64,000 nucleotides of DNA from the IMG/VR virus record IMGVR_UViG_3300028833_005986, positions 1-64,000 of that record, one strand, 5' to 3'. Position numbers and translations under genes: made by a program. Below are positions 10,098 to 20,170 of the stretch, one piece after another. This DNA comes from a virus (taxonomy: Duplodnaviria; Caudoviricetes). Positions within the stretch are counted from its first letter, which is position 1, and each line of letters starts with the position of its first letter. Below the pieces are notes generated by a model. The model was not told the origin of the DNA. It saw only the letters and a list, made by a program, of their open reading frames with translations, and did no database searches.

Positions 10098-10871
10098 TTA
10101 ATGTACAAATAAATAATCAGGAATATTTAATATATTAATATTATCTATGTTATTTGTATAAAAATATTTAGTATAATCTACTAATTCTACTGTTTTATCA
10201 TAATATACAATATAATCATTATCCAGATTAATTTCATCATTTTTAATTTTTAATTTATATTGAATATCTTGTTGATTTAAAAAATAATAATTATGCATAT
10301 TATGTATACTATTTAAATATACAATAGCTTTTTTAGCTTGAATATTTCCAAAATATTCACCTTGCAGATTATAATTATTAATTATCGATATACATGTATT
10401 AATATTTTTTTGTAAATCGGTAAATGAATTATTATTTAAAATAATAAAAGGTAATTGAATATTTTGCATATATTGTTCAAAATTATAACAAATTTGTTCA
10501 ACATCTTTAATACTGACTAATTCATCACCAACATCATTTATTCGTTGTTTTATAATATCTAAATCCGCGCGAACATAAATAAATAATACTTTTACTTTAT
10601 TGCGTAATAATTTATCAAAATCATAATTATATTGAATATTATAATTACGATATATTGGACCATATACTTTTTCACTTTCATAAAAACGGTCAATAATATA
10701 TAATTTATTAGGATTTAATTGATTAATAAAATTTAAATATTTATTATATGCTTCTTGCTCAGTTTTCGGTGCAGTAAAATGAATATATTCATAATTAATT
10801 AATTTAGATTTTAATTGATTACAAAAAGTAGTTTTTCCAGTTCGATCGCATCCAGAAATAATAATAACCAT
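10098..10871 (-). CDS. Thymidylate/dNMP kinase-like protein
   Basis: P-loop GCDRTGKTT; IIDRF..SEKVYG. Confidence 0.8.
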   Translation of the reverse strand: MVIIISGCDRTGKTTFCNQLKSKLINYEYIHFTAPKTEQEAYNKYLNFINQLNPNKLYIIDRFYESEKVYGPIYRNYNIQYNYDFDKLLRNKVKVLFIYVRADLDIIKQRINDVGDELVSIKDVEQICYNFEQYMQNIQLPFIILNNNSFTDLQKNINTCISIINNYNLQGEYFGNIQAKKAIVYLNSIHNMHNYYFLNQQDIQYKLKIKNDEINLDNDYIVYYDKTVELVDYTKYFYTNNIDNINILNIPDYLFVH

Positions 10872-10969
10872 TAATTAATTCTCCTTAATAATTATTTTTT
10901 TTATTTATATACTTATTAAAATTAGTAATTTTTTAATTAGATATTTTTAATAATATTAATTAAAATTAA

Positions 10970-11296
10970 TTATTTATTTCGATTTAATTGTTCATTAAAC
11001 CAAAGTCTTTCGTCTTTTGCTGAAGAATCATCCGTAATAATTTTATCAATATTTAATGATAATATATATTTTGATTCTTGTTTATCTTGAGACAAATTAT
11101 TTTGATATAAAAAATGTTGTAAAATTGTATCATTCCATTTGGAAAATTCATTAGCTATCCAATTTCTAAATAATTTTATATCTCCTTTCGCGTCTATATC
11201 ATCATTACTAATTACTTCAAAATCAAATTTTACTGTTAATTTTATTTCTTTTTTCTTTTTACGGGGTTTAGCAGTTAATCTTTTTATAATACTCAC
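10970..11296 (-). CDS. Hypothetical protein
   Basis: ORF only. Confidence 0.55.
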   Translation of the reverse strand: MSIIKRLTAKPRKKKKEIKLTVKFDFEVISNDDIDAKGDIKLFRNWIANEFSKWNDTILQHFLYQNNLSQDKQESKYILSLNIDKIITDDSSAKDERLWFNEQLNRNK

Positions 11297-11313
11297 CTCT
11301 ATAAAAAAATATT

Positions 11314-11997
11314 TTATTGTGAACGAGTATAAATTAGTTGTTGAATATATTTAGATGAATATATTATTGCTGATTTTTTTTTAGTAAAATTAATAGTACG
11401 ATTTAAATATTCATGAAATTTATATTGTACTTTTTTATTATTTCTTATTGATCTAATATGATTATATATTGTCATTATATTAACATTTAAAATATTACTT
11501 ATTTCATCAAATGTATAACCACATAAATATAATTTTATAATAGCAATATGAGTAGGCTTTAAATATTGATAAATGTCTGTTTCCAAAAAAGTATAAAATT
11601 CCATATCATTATTAAATTGTGCAATACGTTTATCTTCAATAATATCTATTAAATTAATCGTTTCATCTGAAGTATCTATAGGCTTATCTAAATAAGCTAA
11701 TGGCAAAGTTGGTATTCGTTTTTTTGCATTATTATAATATATAATTACATGAATATAATTTCGTGCTATTTTCCAAAAAAATGTATTAAATTTAATATTT
11801 AATAACGGATTATATTTATGTATTGCTTGAATTAATGCAATACATAATTCTTGAGATAAATCTTCATTATGAAATTTAAAAGCAATATAATTAAATTTAG
11901 GACGATAATATCGATAAATCTTGTTAAATATATCATTTTTTATAGTTTCATTATCTTCTTGCTGATATTGTATTACTAATTGATTAATATTATTCAT
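11314..11997 (-). CDS. Sigma-70 family (group 4/SigH-like) RNA polymerase sigma factor
   Basis: EDLSQE..AL..AIHKYNP..KFNTF region 2; GYTFDEIS.ILN..TIYNHI region 4 HTH. Confidence 0.82.
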   Translation of the reverse strand: MNNINQLVIQYQQEDNETIKNDIFNKIYRYYRPKFNYIAFKFHNEDLSQELCIALIQAIHKYNPLLNIKFNTFFWKIARNYIHVIIYYNNAKKRIPTLPLAYLDKPIDTSDETINLIDIIEDKRIAQFNNDMEFYTFLETDIYQYLKPTHIAIIKLYLCGYTFDEISNILNVNIMTIYNHIRSIRNNKKVQYKFHEYLNRTINFTKKKSAIIYSSKYIQQLIYTRSQ

Positions 11998-12154
11998 TAC
12001 TTTAGCCTTCTTTCATCTTAAAATTATTTTTATCATTAATATTTACTATATTTAAAATAGTATTTTAAAAAATATAAAAGTAAATAATTAGATTTAGATA
12101 AAAAAAATAATCCGCTAAAAAAATTTTAAAGGATTATTTTCTAATAAATAATTT

Positions 12155-12397
12155 TTAAATAGAATTTATTTTAAGGCATGCTTTACAATAGTTAACTTCA
12201 TTTTCTTGTAAAGCTTTATTACAGCAATTACATTTTTTTTCATTATATTTTGCTGCAGTTTTAGACATAAAATTATCTGGTATTATATCTTGTGATTCTT
12301 GTAATTTATTAAAAAAATCGTCATTCATCCAATTAGGAATTTTATCTTGAATATTATTTCCTTGTGTAAAAGAATATTTATTTGTATTATAAATCAT
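12155..12397 (-). CDS. Small protein with C-terminal zinc ribbon
   Basis: CNCC...CKAC; GAGG RBS. Confidence 0.6.
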   Translation of the reverse strand: MIYNTNKYSFTQGNNIQDKIPNWMNDDFFNKLQESQDIIPDNFMSKTAAKYNEKKCNCCNKALQENEVNYCKACLKINSI

Positions 12398-12418
12398 TAT
12401 ATTTTACCTCAAATAATA

Positions 12419-13186
12419 TTATTTTTCATCATTTTTTTCTTCTTCTAATAATGAATTTAAATTACCATTATCTTCATTTTCGTCCTCGTCTGCTTCATTC
12501 ATTTCTTTATCTATATTCGTATCAATGTCTTTATCTTCAAACATATCATCATCGTCATCAGTAAATAAATCAGATAAATCATCATTAAATTCATTTTCAT
12601 TATTTTCTTCTTCTGGATTATTATCTTCTGCTTCATTATTTAAATCTTCTTCATTTTGTTGATCTTCTTCTGCGTCATTAATAGTATCAACAGGTGTATA
12701 ATTTTCAACTACTTCGTTATCCGTTAATGCCTGTAATCCAGTATCATATGGAAGTTCTTTTTCGTCTTCGCTTTCAGTTTCATCAATTATTTCATCAATA
12801 TTTGGCAATGCAGGTATTTTAAAATCATTAAATTGCATGGACGGTTCCTCTGGTCTATCTCCCGGCATTTCTGCTAATAAATTATCATCAATTAATAAAT
12901 CGTAGATTTTATCCATGCGATAAGATCTAATTTCACCTGTATCTTTATAACACATTAATAAAATATTACCGTCTTTTGACGAATTCCAGCCATATGGTAA
13001 TATTGTTCTCCAACCGTTATTTTTATAATTAATTTGAACTGTAGCTCCATAAGACATTGCATCAGTTAATACTTGAATTGGATTGCCGGTTTTCATATCA
13101 ATTGGGTTCCAACGTGCAATTTTTTTTCGTAATAATCGTGTATTATAATTATTTATTTTTTTTAATAATCGAGTAAGTTTTAACAT
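12419..13186 (-). CDS. WYL-domain protein with long acidic tail
   Basis: INY..WRTILPY..LMCY..GEIRSYRMDKI fits the WYL pattern; D/E/N-rich C-terminus. Confidence 0.7.
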   Translation of the reverse strand: MLKLTRLLKKINNYNTRLLRKKIARWNPIDMKTGNPIQVLTDAMSYGATVQINYKNNGWRTILPYGWNSSKDGNILLMCYKDTGEIRSYRMDKIYDLLIDDNLLAEMPGDRPEEPSMQFNDFKIPALPNIDEIIDETESEDEKELPYDTGLQALTDNEVVENYTPVDTINDAEEDQQNEEDLNNEAEDNNPEEENNENEFNDDLSDLFTDDDDDMFEDKDIDTNIDKEMNEADEDENEDNGNLNSLLEEEKNDEK

Positions 13187-13203
13187 TCATAAATTCACTC
13201 TTT

Positions 13204-13545
13204 TTATTTGGATTTAATATAAATTTGCATTGAATCACGATATAAAAATCCATCATTTATATTTTTTAAATTAGGATCAATATATGCATCATTAAATTCA
13301 ATTATTCGAATATTACCATTATCTAGTGCAACAATTGCATATATTTTATTATTATTGTATTGAATATTTAATATTTTATATTTTTCTAGCGAATGCGGAA
13401 CAATATGAGTAATATTAATATCATCAGTATCATTAGCTACTGGGTCAATAATATGTATTAGTTCATAATTAATTAACAAATATATTCCCGCAACGATTGT
13501 AATAATTAATAATATTGCTACAAGAACTTTTTGCTTTAAACTCAT
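13204..13545 (-). CDS. Membrane-anchored hypothetical protein
   Basis: N-terminal hydrophobic helix. Confidence 0.65.
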   Translation of the reverse strand: MSLKQKVLVAILLIITIVAGIYLLINYELIHIIDPVANDTDDINITHIVPHSLEKYKILNIQYNNNKIYAIVALDNGNIRIIEFNDAYIDPNLKNINDGFLYRDSMQIYIKSK

Positions 13546-13918
13546 GGAATCTTCTATTATTATTCAACTCTTTATAAAAGTAATTTTTTAATAAAAAAAA
13601 TAATAAACATAAAATAATCAATTAATAGCTTTTATATAATATTTATTTATGTTTTTATAATCTTCGCAGAAAAATTATAAATAGCATTTTTATAATAAAA
13701 ATATATAAAATAGTTAATTCATTATTTATATTTATTATTTTTGTATTAAGTATTTTTATTATATGAATTTTAAACTACTTATGAATTGTCACTTTTATAT
13801 ATAATTTATATTCATTAATATATCATCTGCGATTAGCAATTTTAATATTAAAATGTTATACAAATATCAATAAACAGCTTACTTCTTTGTTCGTTTAAAA
13901 TCCATATAAATAATAATA

Positions 13919-15100
13919 TTATTTATTCAATTTATTAATATATTTTTTTGTGCATGAAATTATATTATCTACAATTTGATAAATATTATTTGATGCTATT
14001 ACTGCACCAGCAGCATGAGGAAAACCATTTCCGCCAAAATAAGACATGATTTCATTAACAAATATATTTCCCCGGCTACGGGCTTTAATTTTTGTATTAT
14101 TATTACTTTCGATAAAAAGAAATGCTACATCGGCTTCTTGTATATTTTTTAATTCTTCCATTAAATATTCTACTACATCATATGTAACATTATATTTTTT
14201 TAAATCTTCTTTCATTAATACTAAATATATAATATTATATTGATTATCATGAATAATATGTGTAAATGCATTATTAATTAGTTTTAATGCTGCTAACGGT
14301 TTTATTTTACATATTTGATTAATTATATTAAGATCTGCATTATTTTTTAATAATAATGATGCATAATATAATGCTAAAGCAGTAGTATTAGAATTTGTAA
14401 ATCCAGATCTAATAATTTATTAAAAAATCATTTTTAATATATTTTATATACCTCTTATAATAAGAGTAAAGACTAAATCATTAATAATATATTAACAATT
14501 TCAATAAATATTTACTATATATTAGCCGTTAATTTAGTATATATTATAATTAATATATGTTAAATATTGATAATATTCTTAAAGATTAAATACCAATAAT
14601 AAAATTAATTATGATATTAATTTAGTATCTCCAAAAATTCCTAAATATAAAGCTGTTGCGATTTGAGGAGTAATATTAATATTCATTTCTGATAAGAAAT
14701 CAAAAATTATCATTGTATTAGCAGGCCAAGAAATATTATAATAATAATTTCCAATTGATTCGTTATTATTATGATGATCTATAACAATTAATAATTTAGA
14801 TATGTTATCTAAATTAATTGTTCTATTCCGTGTAGAACAATCTACTAAAATGCATAAATCGTAATATTTTTTTGCTGTTTTTATTATATTAACATTTTTT
14901 AAAATTAAATTAAATATAGATGAATGTGAAGGCGCAATAATATCTACTTGCTTATTTAATGTTTGTAATGCTAAAGCTAATGCTACAGCAGATCCAATTG
15001 CATCGGCATCTGGAGAAAAATGGAAAGTTATTGCAATATTTTTAATTTGTTTATTATTAAATATATTTATAATTTTTTGCTTAATCTGAATTAAATCCAC
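13919..15100 (-). CDS. nrnA: DHH/DHHA1 phosphoesterase (NrnA-like), 2 exons (15100-14624, 14407-13919), ~321 aa
   Basis: H.SPDADAIGS, VD, IDHH, GIFGDT|SGFTNSNTT, GGNGFPHAAG; frame is open from 14407 to the stop. Confidence 0.85.
14408..14623 (-). mobile_element. Miniature group I intron in nrnA (216 nt, +/-1)
   Basis: P1 AGAUACU/GGUAUUU; UUAACGGCUA...GAUUUAGUCU; removal restores DT-SGF. Confidence 0.82.
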
Positions 15101-15229
15101 ATTAAATTATATATCTCCTTTTATTTATATATTCTCTTTAAAAAAATACAAAATTATTATATAATTATGTAAGAAATAAAAAATAGTAGATAAATGTTAA
15201 TTATTTATCTACTATAACATATTAATTAT

Positions 15230-15496
15230 TTAAGCAAATATTAATTGTATACATAAGCTTTGAGCATAATTATCTTTATCTAAATCAATAATATAATCAA
15301 AATCATTTTTATCATTATCAGATATAACATGAATATATGCTTTTTTTACGTTTGCATGCTTAGTAAGAAAATATACAATATCATCATTAATTTTTCGACA
15401 AAAATATTCACCAAATCGATTTTTATAATCTAGTGATTCATTACAATATTTTATAATTTCTTGTTTTGATAATTTTGAAAAATCTAAATTCTTCAT
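15230..15496 (-). CDS. Hypothetical protein
   Basis: ORF with AAGGA RBS. Confidence 0.6.
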   Translation of the reverse strand: MKNLDFSKLSKQEIIKYCNESLDYKNRFGEYFCRKINDDIVYFLTKHANVKKAYIHVISDNDKNDFDYIIDLDKDNYAQSLCIQLIFA

Positions 15497-15541
15497 ATAT
15501 TTTTTATCCTTTTTAATCTAAAAAAAATGTTATTATAAATT

Positions 15542-15808
15542 TTATTTTATCTCTCGATAAGTAAATTGAATTTCTTTAGTATTTAAAATATTTTTTATTC
15601 GTTTTTCAATTAATGCTAAATCATCAGTTAAAAGTAATATTAATCTTTGTTCATTATTAATAAATATATCAACATTAATTATTGATTTTCTATTTTGATT
15701 AATAATGTATGCATTATATTTTAATTTATATTCAAATAATAAAAATTTCAATTTATCATTTAAAGATATATTCTTCTTCCCAGATAACGATATAAATCCA
15801 CCCGTCAA
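15542..15808 (-). CDS. Hypothetical protein
   Basis: TTG-start ORF with GAGGT RBS. Confidence 0.55.
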   Translation of the reverse strand: MTGGFISLSGKKNISLNDKLKFLLFEYKLKYNAYIINQNRKSIINVDIFINNEQRLILLLTDDLALIEKRIKNILNTKEIQFTYREIK

Positions 15809-15835
15809 ATTATAATTACCTCTATATTAAAGAAT

Positions 15836-17563
15836 TTATTGATAAAAATTTATATCTAAAGTATTATTATTATCAATATTTACTGGATGAATATCTATAA
15901 TTTGTAATTGAATTGCATAATTATCTTTAGGCCATTCATTTAAATCAATTGAACAAATAATATCGATATTTCTCATATTTTCTTTATATATAGAAATGAT
16001 ATTATTAAATCCAATTGCTTTAATTTCTTTTCCGTTTTGTTCTAAAATAAACTTAATTGCATTTTCTCCAGTACCTATAATATAGGCTTCTTTTACAAAA
16101 ACATTATTTATAATAAATAACGGTTTAGAATTACCAAATCCAAATGGTTCCAATAACCGCAAATTATTTGCTAAATTCATATTAATAATATCAAAATTTA
16201 ATTCGCATAAAGCATATATACTTTTATCTAAATTATTACTATTAGCTTTTTTCCATTGCTGAAAATGTTTAATACAACGTTGACGTAATAAATCTAGATT
16301 TTCTTTTAAAATAGATATTCCACATGCTGCTTCATGTCCGCCACCGCGAACAAAATCTTTAGAATCTTGAATAAAGCTTAAAATTGGATATCCTAATGCT
16401 GAACGTCCACTGCCTGTTAATCGTACTTTAGAATCTTTATCTTCTTTCCCACTTAAAACAAAACAGGGCTTTTGATATTTTTCTGTGATTGCAGACGCAA
16501 TAGTTCCTAAAATGCCAGTAGTTACTGTAGGATCATATATTACAATAAATGGATCTTGTAAAATCTGTTCAGGAATATTATTCATTACTTCTTTTTGAAT
16601 TTTTCTTCGCTGACTATTTAATGAAATTAATCGTTTAGCTAATTTTTCGCATTCATTAATATCTTCCGCAATTAATAAATTAAAAGCTAAATATGGTGTT
16701 TCCATTCTACCTGCTGCATTTATAATTGGTCCAATTACATATGCTATACTTTCTACATTTAATGTAATAATTTCTGTTTTCTTAATTAACGTTTTTAATC
16801 CCAAATTTTTTGTATGTCGTAATTTTTGTAAACCTATTCCAACATAAAATCTATTTTCATCAGTAATTCGCATTACATCTGCAATTGTAGCAATTGCATT
16901 TAATGATAATAATTCATCATATAAATCTATATTATAATCTTTTAGTGATTGTTTAAAAGTTTCACTAAATAATTGTTCAATAAATTTAAAAGCTACACAA
17001 GCACCGCATATAGATTTATAAGGGTAATTATCTATTTGCGGGTCTATTATTAAGCAATCAGGTAATAATATTTGATTATTTACTGGATCAATTTGCGGCT
17101 GATGATGATCTGTAATTATTACATCAATTCCTAATGAATGTGCATAATTAACTGCATCAATAGCAGCTATTCCATTATCTACAGTTAATATTACATCCGC
17201 GTTTTTTTCTGCAGCTTGATCAATAATTTTTTTAGATAATCCATAACCATCTTGACGTAATGGAATAATATAATCTATATTAAAATGATAAAATTTAGAT
17301 AATTCTTGCAATCCTATATATAAAATAGCACAACCGCATACACCATCACAATCATAATCTGCGGCTATTACGATATTTTTATAATTTTTTATTTCTTGAA
17401 TTACTTCTTTCATATTATCCATTAAATATGGATCATGTGTTTTTACTCTACAGTTTAAATAATCTTTTAAATTCGCTTTATCAATATGTTTTTCTTTTAT
17501 TATATTTCTTAAAATTTCTTTTATATCAGTTGGTTTATTATATAATGATTTCCAAATAGACAT
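15836..17563 (-). CDS. recJ: ssDNA exonuclease RecJ
   Basis: DYDCDG, TVDNG, TDHH, TIAD, INAAGR, GSGRS, GGH motifs. Confidence 0.93.
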   Translation of the reverse strand: MSIWKSLYNKPTDIKEILRNIIKEKHIDKANLKDYLNCRVKTHDPYLMDNMKEVIQEIKNYKNIVIAADYDCDGVCGCAILYIGLQELSKFYHFNIDYIIPLRQDGYGLSKKIIDQAAEKNADVILTVDNGIAAIDAVNYAHSLGIDVIITDHHQPQIDPVNNQILLPDCLIIDPQIDNYPYKSICGACVAFKFIEQLFSETFKQSLKDYNIDLYDELLSLNAIATIADVMRITDENRFYVGIGLQKLRHTKNLGLKTLIKKTEIITLNVESIAYVIGPIINAAGRMETPYLAFNLLIAEDINECEKLAKRLISLNSQRRKIQKEVMNNIPEQILQDPFIVIYDPTVTTGILGTIASAITEKYQKPCFVLSGKEDKDSKVRLTGSGRSALGYPILSFIQDSKDFVRGGGHEAACGISILKENLDLLRQRCIKHFQQWKKANSNNLDKSIYALCELNFDIINMNLANNLRLLEPFGFGNSKPLFIINNVFVKEAYIIGTGENAIKFILEQNGKEIKAIGFNNIISIYKENMRNIDIICSIDLNEWPKDNYAIQLQIIDIHPVNIDNNNTLDINFYQ

Positions 17564-17583
17564 ATTTATTCCTCATTTTAATA

Positions 17584-19988
17584 TTATTTTAAAATTAAAT
17601 TGTTTGCTATTTTATCAGTAATAATTATAGAATTAATATCATTTCTATCTGGAATATCATATTCAATTTTTGATAAAGCAGAACTAATAATACTTTTTAA
17701 TCCTCTAGCATTTGTTTTTTTATTAATAGCAAGTTTAGCAATTAGTTGTAATACTTCAGTAGTAAATTGTAAATTAACCTTATCCATTTGAAATAATTCT
17801 TGATATTGCTTTATAATAGCATTATTAGGTTCTGTTAATATTTTTATTAAATCATTTTCAGTTAAATGATTATAAATTACTATTTGCGGAATACGCCCTA
17901 CTAATTCTGGAATTAATCCATAATTAATTAAATCATTAGTAGTAACTTGTTTTAATAATTCATCTACTGTATATTTTTTATCTTCATATCCAAAACCAAT
18001 ATGTTTTTTATTAATACGATTTTTAATAACTGTATCTAATCCTACAAATGCACCAGACAATACAAATAAAATATTACTTGTATCAATTTCTACAGTATTA
18101 TCTAATAATGGTGTATGTTTATTACCCAATTGCACTTGTATTTTATCGCCTTCTAATAATTTTAAAAATTCTTGTTGTAAAGCAACACCCGCGACATCTC
18201 TGCCACTAGTAGTTTGCATATTTCTAGCTGTTTTATCAAATTCATCAATTAATATAATTGCTTTTTCAGCCTGAGATATATCATTATTACATTCTTTAAT
18301 TGCATGTGCAAGAATATCAGTTATATCTCGTCCTACTATGCCTGATACTGTTACAGAAGTTATTGATTCTAATATTAACGGTCTATCTAATAATTTTGCG
18401 AGTGCTTTAAATGTCGCCGTATTATGTGTAACAATAAAATCTTTACATATATATGTATGAGTAGGAGAATCAACAGTTATACATTTCATTTCTGCTTTAG
18501 TATTTAATTTTTGAACATTTTTAATTTTTAATATATCATATGTATGTTTTTTATTAGGACATTTTCTTTGATTAAATCTTTCTTTATGTTTTTTAGAAGT
18601 AAATAATACATCACTATCAGAACATATATATATAATATATGCTTGATTATCATGTCTATTATCTACTCGTAATTTAACTCTATAACCTAACGAATAAATT
18701 AAAAATTTAAAATCTTCTGCTAATTGTTTCGATACAGTACAAAAACTAATATGTCCTTTATTATTAATATGGCCATCAGTATCAATTAATCCTCGTACTA
18801 ATTCCAATCTATCTTCTATTGAAGAATATTTATATTCATTAGGAATAAATTTATCTTTAGCTAAGCAATATCCAAATGTATTTTTTATATAATTTCTTAA
18901 TTTAGATGAATCTGTATTTCGATATGTATGTCTTAACGGATATTTAGGATTAGTAACAAATTCGCCTAAATCATTATCTACAGTTAAGCATTTTATTTTT
19001 TCAATTAAATCATTTTCCGGGTTCGTAAAAACAATATCTTTACCAAAATGTCCATCACCTAATAATAGACCTAATAAATAAGGCGGTATTTCTAAATCTT
19101 TTTTATCAAATTGAATTGGTTTATTAATAGGAATAGCAATATTATATGTATAAGATTTTTTAGATTGAACTTGTATCCGCTGAATTATATTTTTAATTGA
19201 ATCAACACACCATTTACTTAAATTAAATCCATTATGATATCGTGTTTTAAACATCCATAAATGATCTTCACAACATTTTATTGATGTATTATCAATAAAT
19301 GTAATAAGCCATTCTTGCTTTAATTCATTTTGTGGATATTCTGCAATTACAGTAGTTAATTGTCCCATACTATCATAAACTACTGATCCAACATGAATAT
19401 CTTTTAACTGAACAAATCCAGAAGGAGTTAAAATCGGCGTATCTATAGGTAAACATTTTCCAACGCCGCTTTCCCCAATACAAAACATATTAGTACGATC
19501 TAAAGCATCTTTTTCACCATCTAAATTACTATTATACTGTATTTGTTTTTGATGTTCATATAATAATGTTGCTACTGTTTTTTTAGCATCTTCTTGACTA
19601 ATAATATATTTATCTAACCAAGCTTTTATTTCACTGGGCTTTTTTAATTCGTTAGTATTGTAAATTTCTTCATCTTTTTCTTGACTAAGAATTGTATCTA
19701 TATATTTTACTTTATTTTTACATAAAGTATAGACTATATCTTTTATTTCAATTATTATAATTTACTGTATTATAGTCGTTGAATAATATTTATTACTAAT
19801 GAAATTTTATTAAAACTATCTTAGTAATTATTTTCACATACAAATGCAATTAATTTTTACATCATAGATATACAATCAGAACAAACGCAAACATCGGCTG
19901 TTAAATCCATACCTTGCGAGACAATCATTTTTTTACTATCATCATGAGATTTACCACAAAAACTACATACATATTTTTTCTTTTTCAT
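17584..19988 (-). CDS. clpX: ClpX ATPase; 2 exons (19988-19859, 19697-17584) plus intein; ~402 aa mature
   Basis: Unannotated exon 1 encodes the CSFCGK..CVCSDC zinc finger after an AAGGAG RBS. Exon 2 has PSEIKAWLDKYIISQ, Walker A, DEFDK, GRDV, IGF loop and PELVGR. Confidence 0.92.
18421..19455 (-). mobile_element. Intein (345 aa) with LAGLIDADG domain in the ClpX Walker A motif
   Basis: GVGK|CLPIDT...FIVTHN|T; LLGLLLGDG and VRGLIDTDG. Confidence 0.92.
19698..19858 (-). mobile_element. Miniature group I intron in clpX (161 nt)
   Basis: P1 GAUGU/GCAUU; UUACUAA/UUAGUAA; UUCAACGACUA...AAGAUAUAGUCU; terminal G; T|AT restores CISMM-Y-TIL. Confidence 0.9.
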
Positions 19989-20017
19989 ATTAGACTCCTT
20001 ATATTTTTTAATATTAC

Positions 20018-20168
20018 TAATTACTTTTTATTCTATAATGCTTTTTAATTAAAATAAAAAAAAAGACTAGATAAATTTTATCTATATTTTCTAATATTGT
20101 TAATTATTTTTTATTCTAAAATACTTTTTAATTAAAATAAAAAAAAATTAGATAAATTTTATTTATCT
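20018..20168. repeat. Imperfect tandem duplication (~80 bp unit) between gyrA and clpX
   Basis: taattac/tttttattcta..tttttaattaaaataaaaaaaa..tagataaattttat occurs twice. Confidence 0.6.
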
Positions 20169-20170
20169 CA

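Noticed and set aside
13560-13915. tmRNA (UAAUCGCAGAUGAU resembles a resume-codon context)
   Set aside because: No acceptor stem, T-arm or CCA end, and the putative tag does not end in Ala-Ala.
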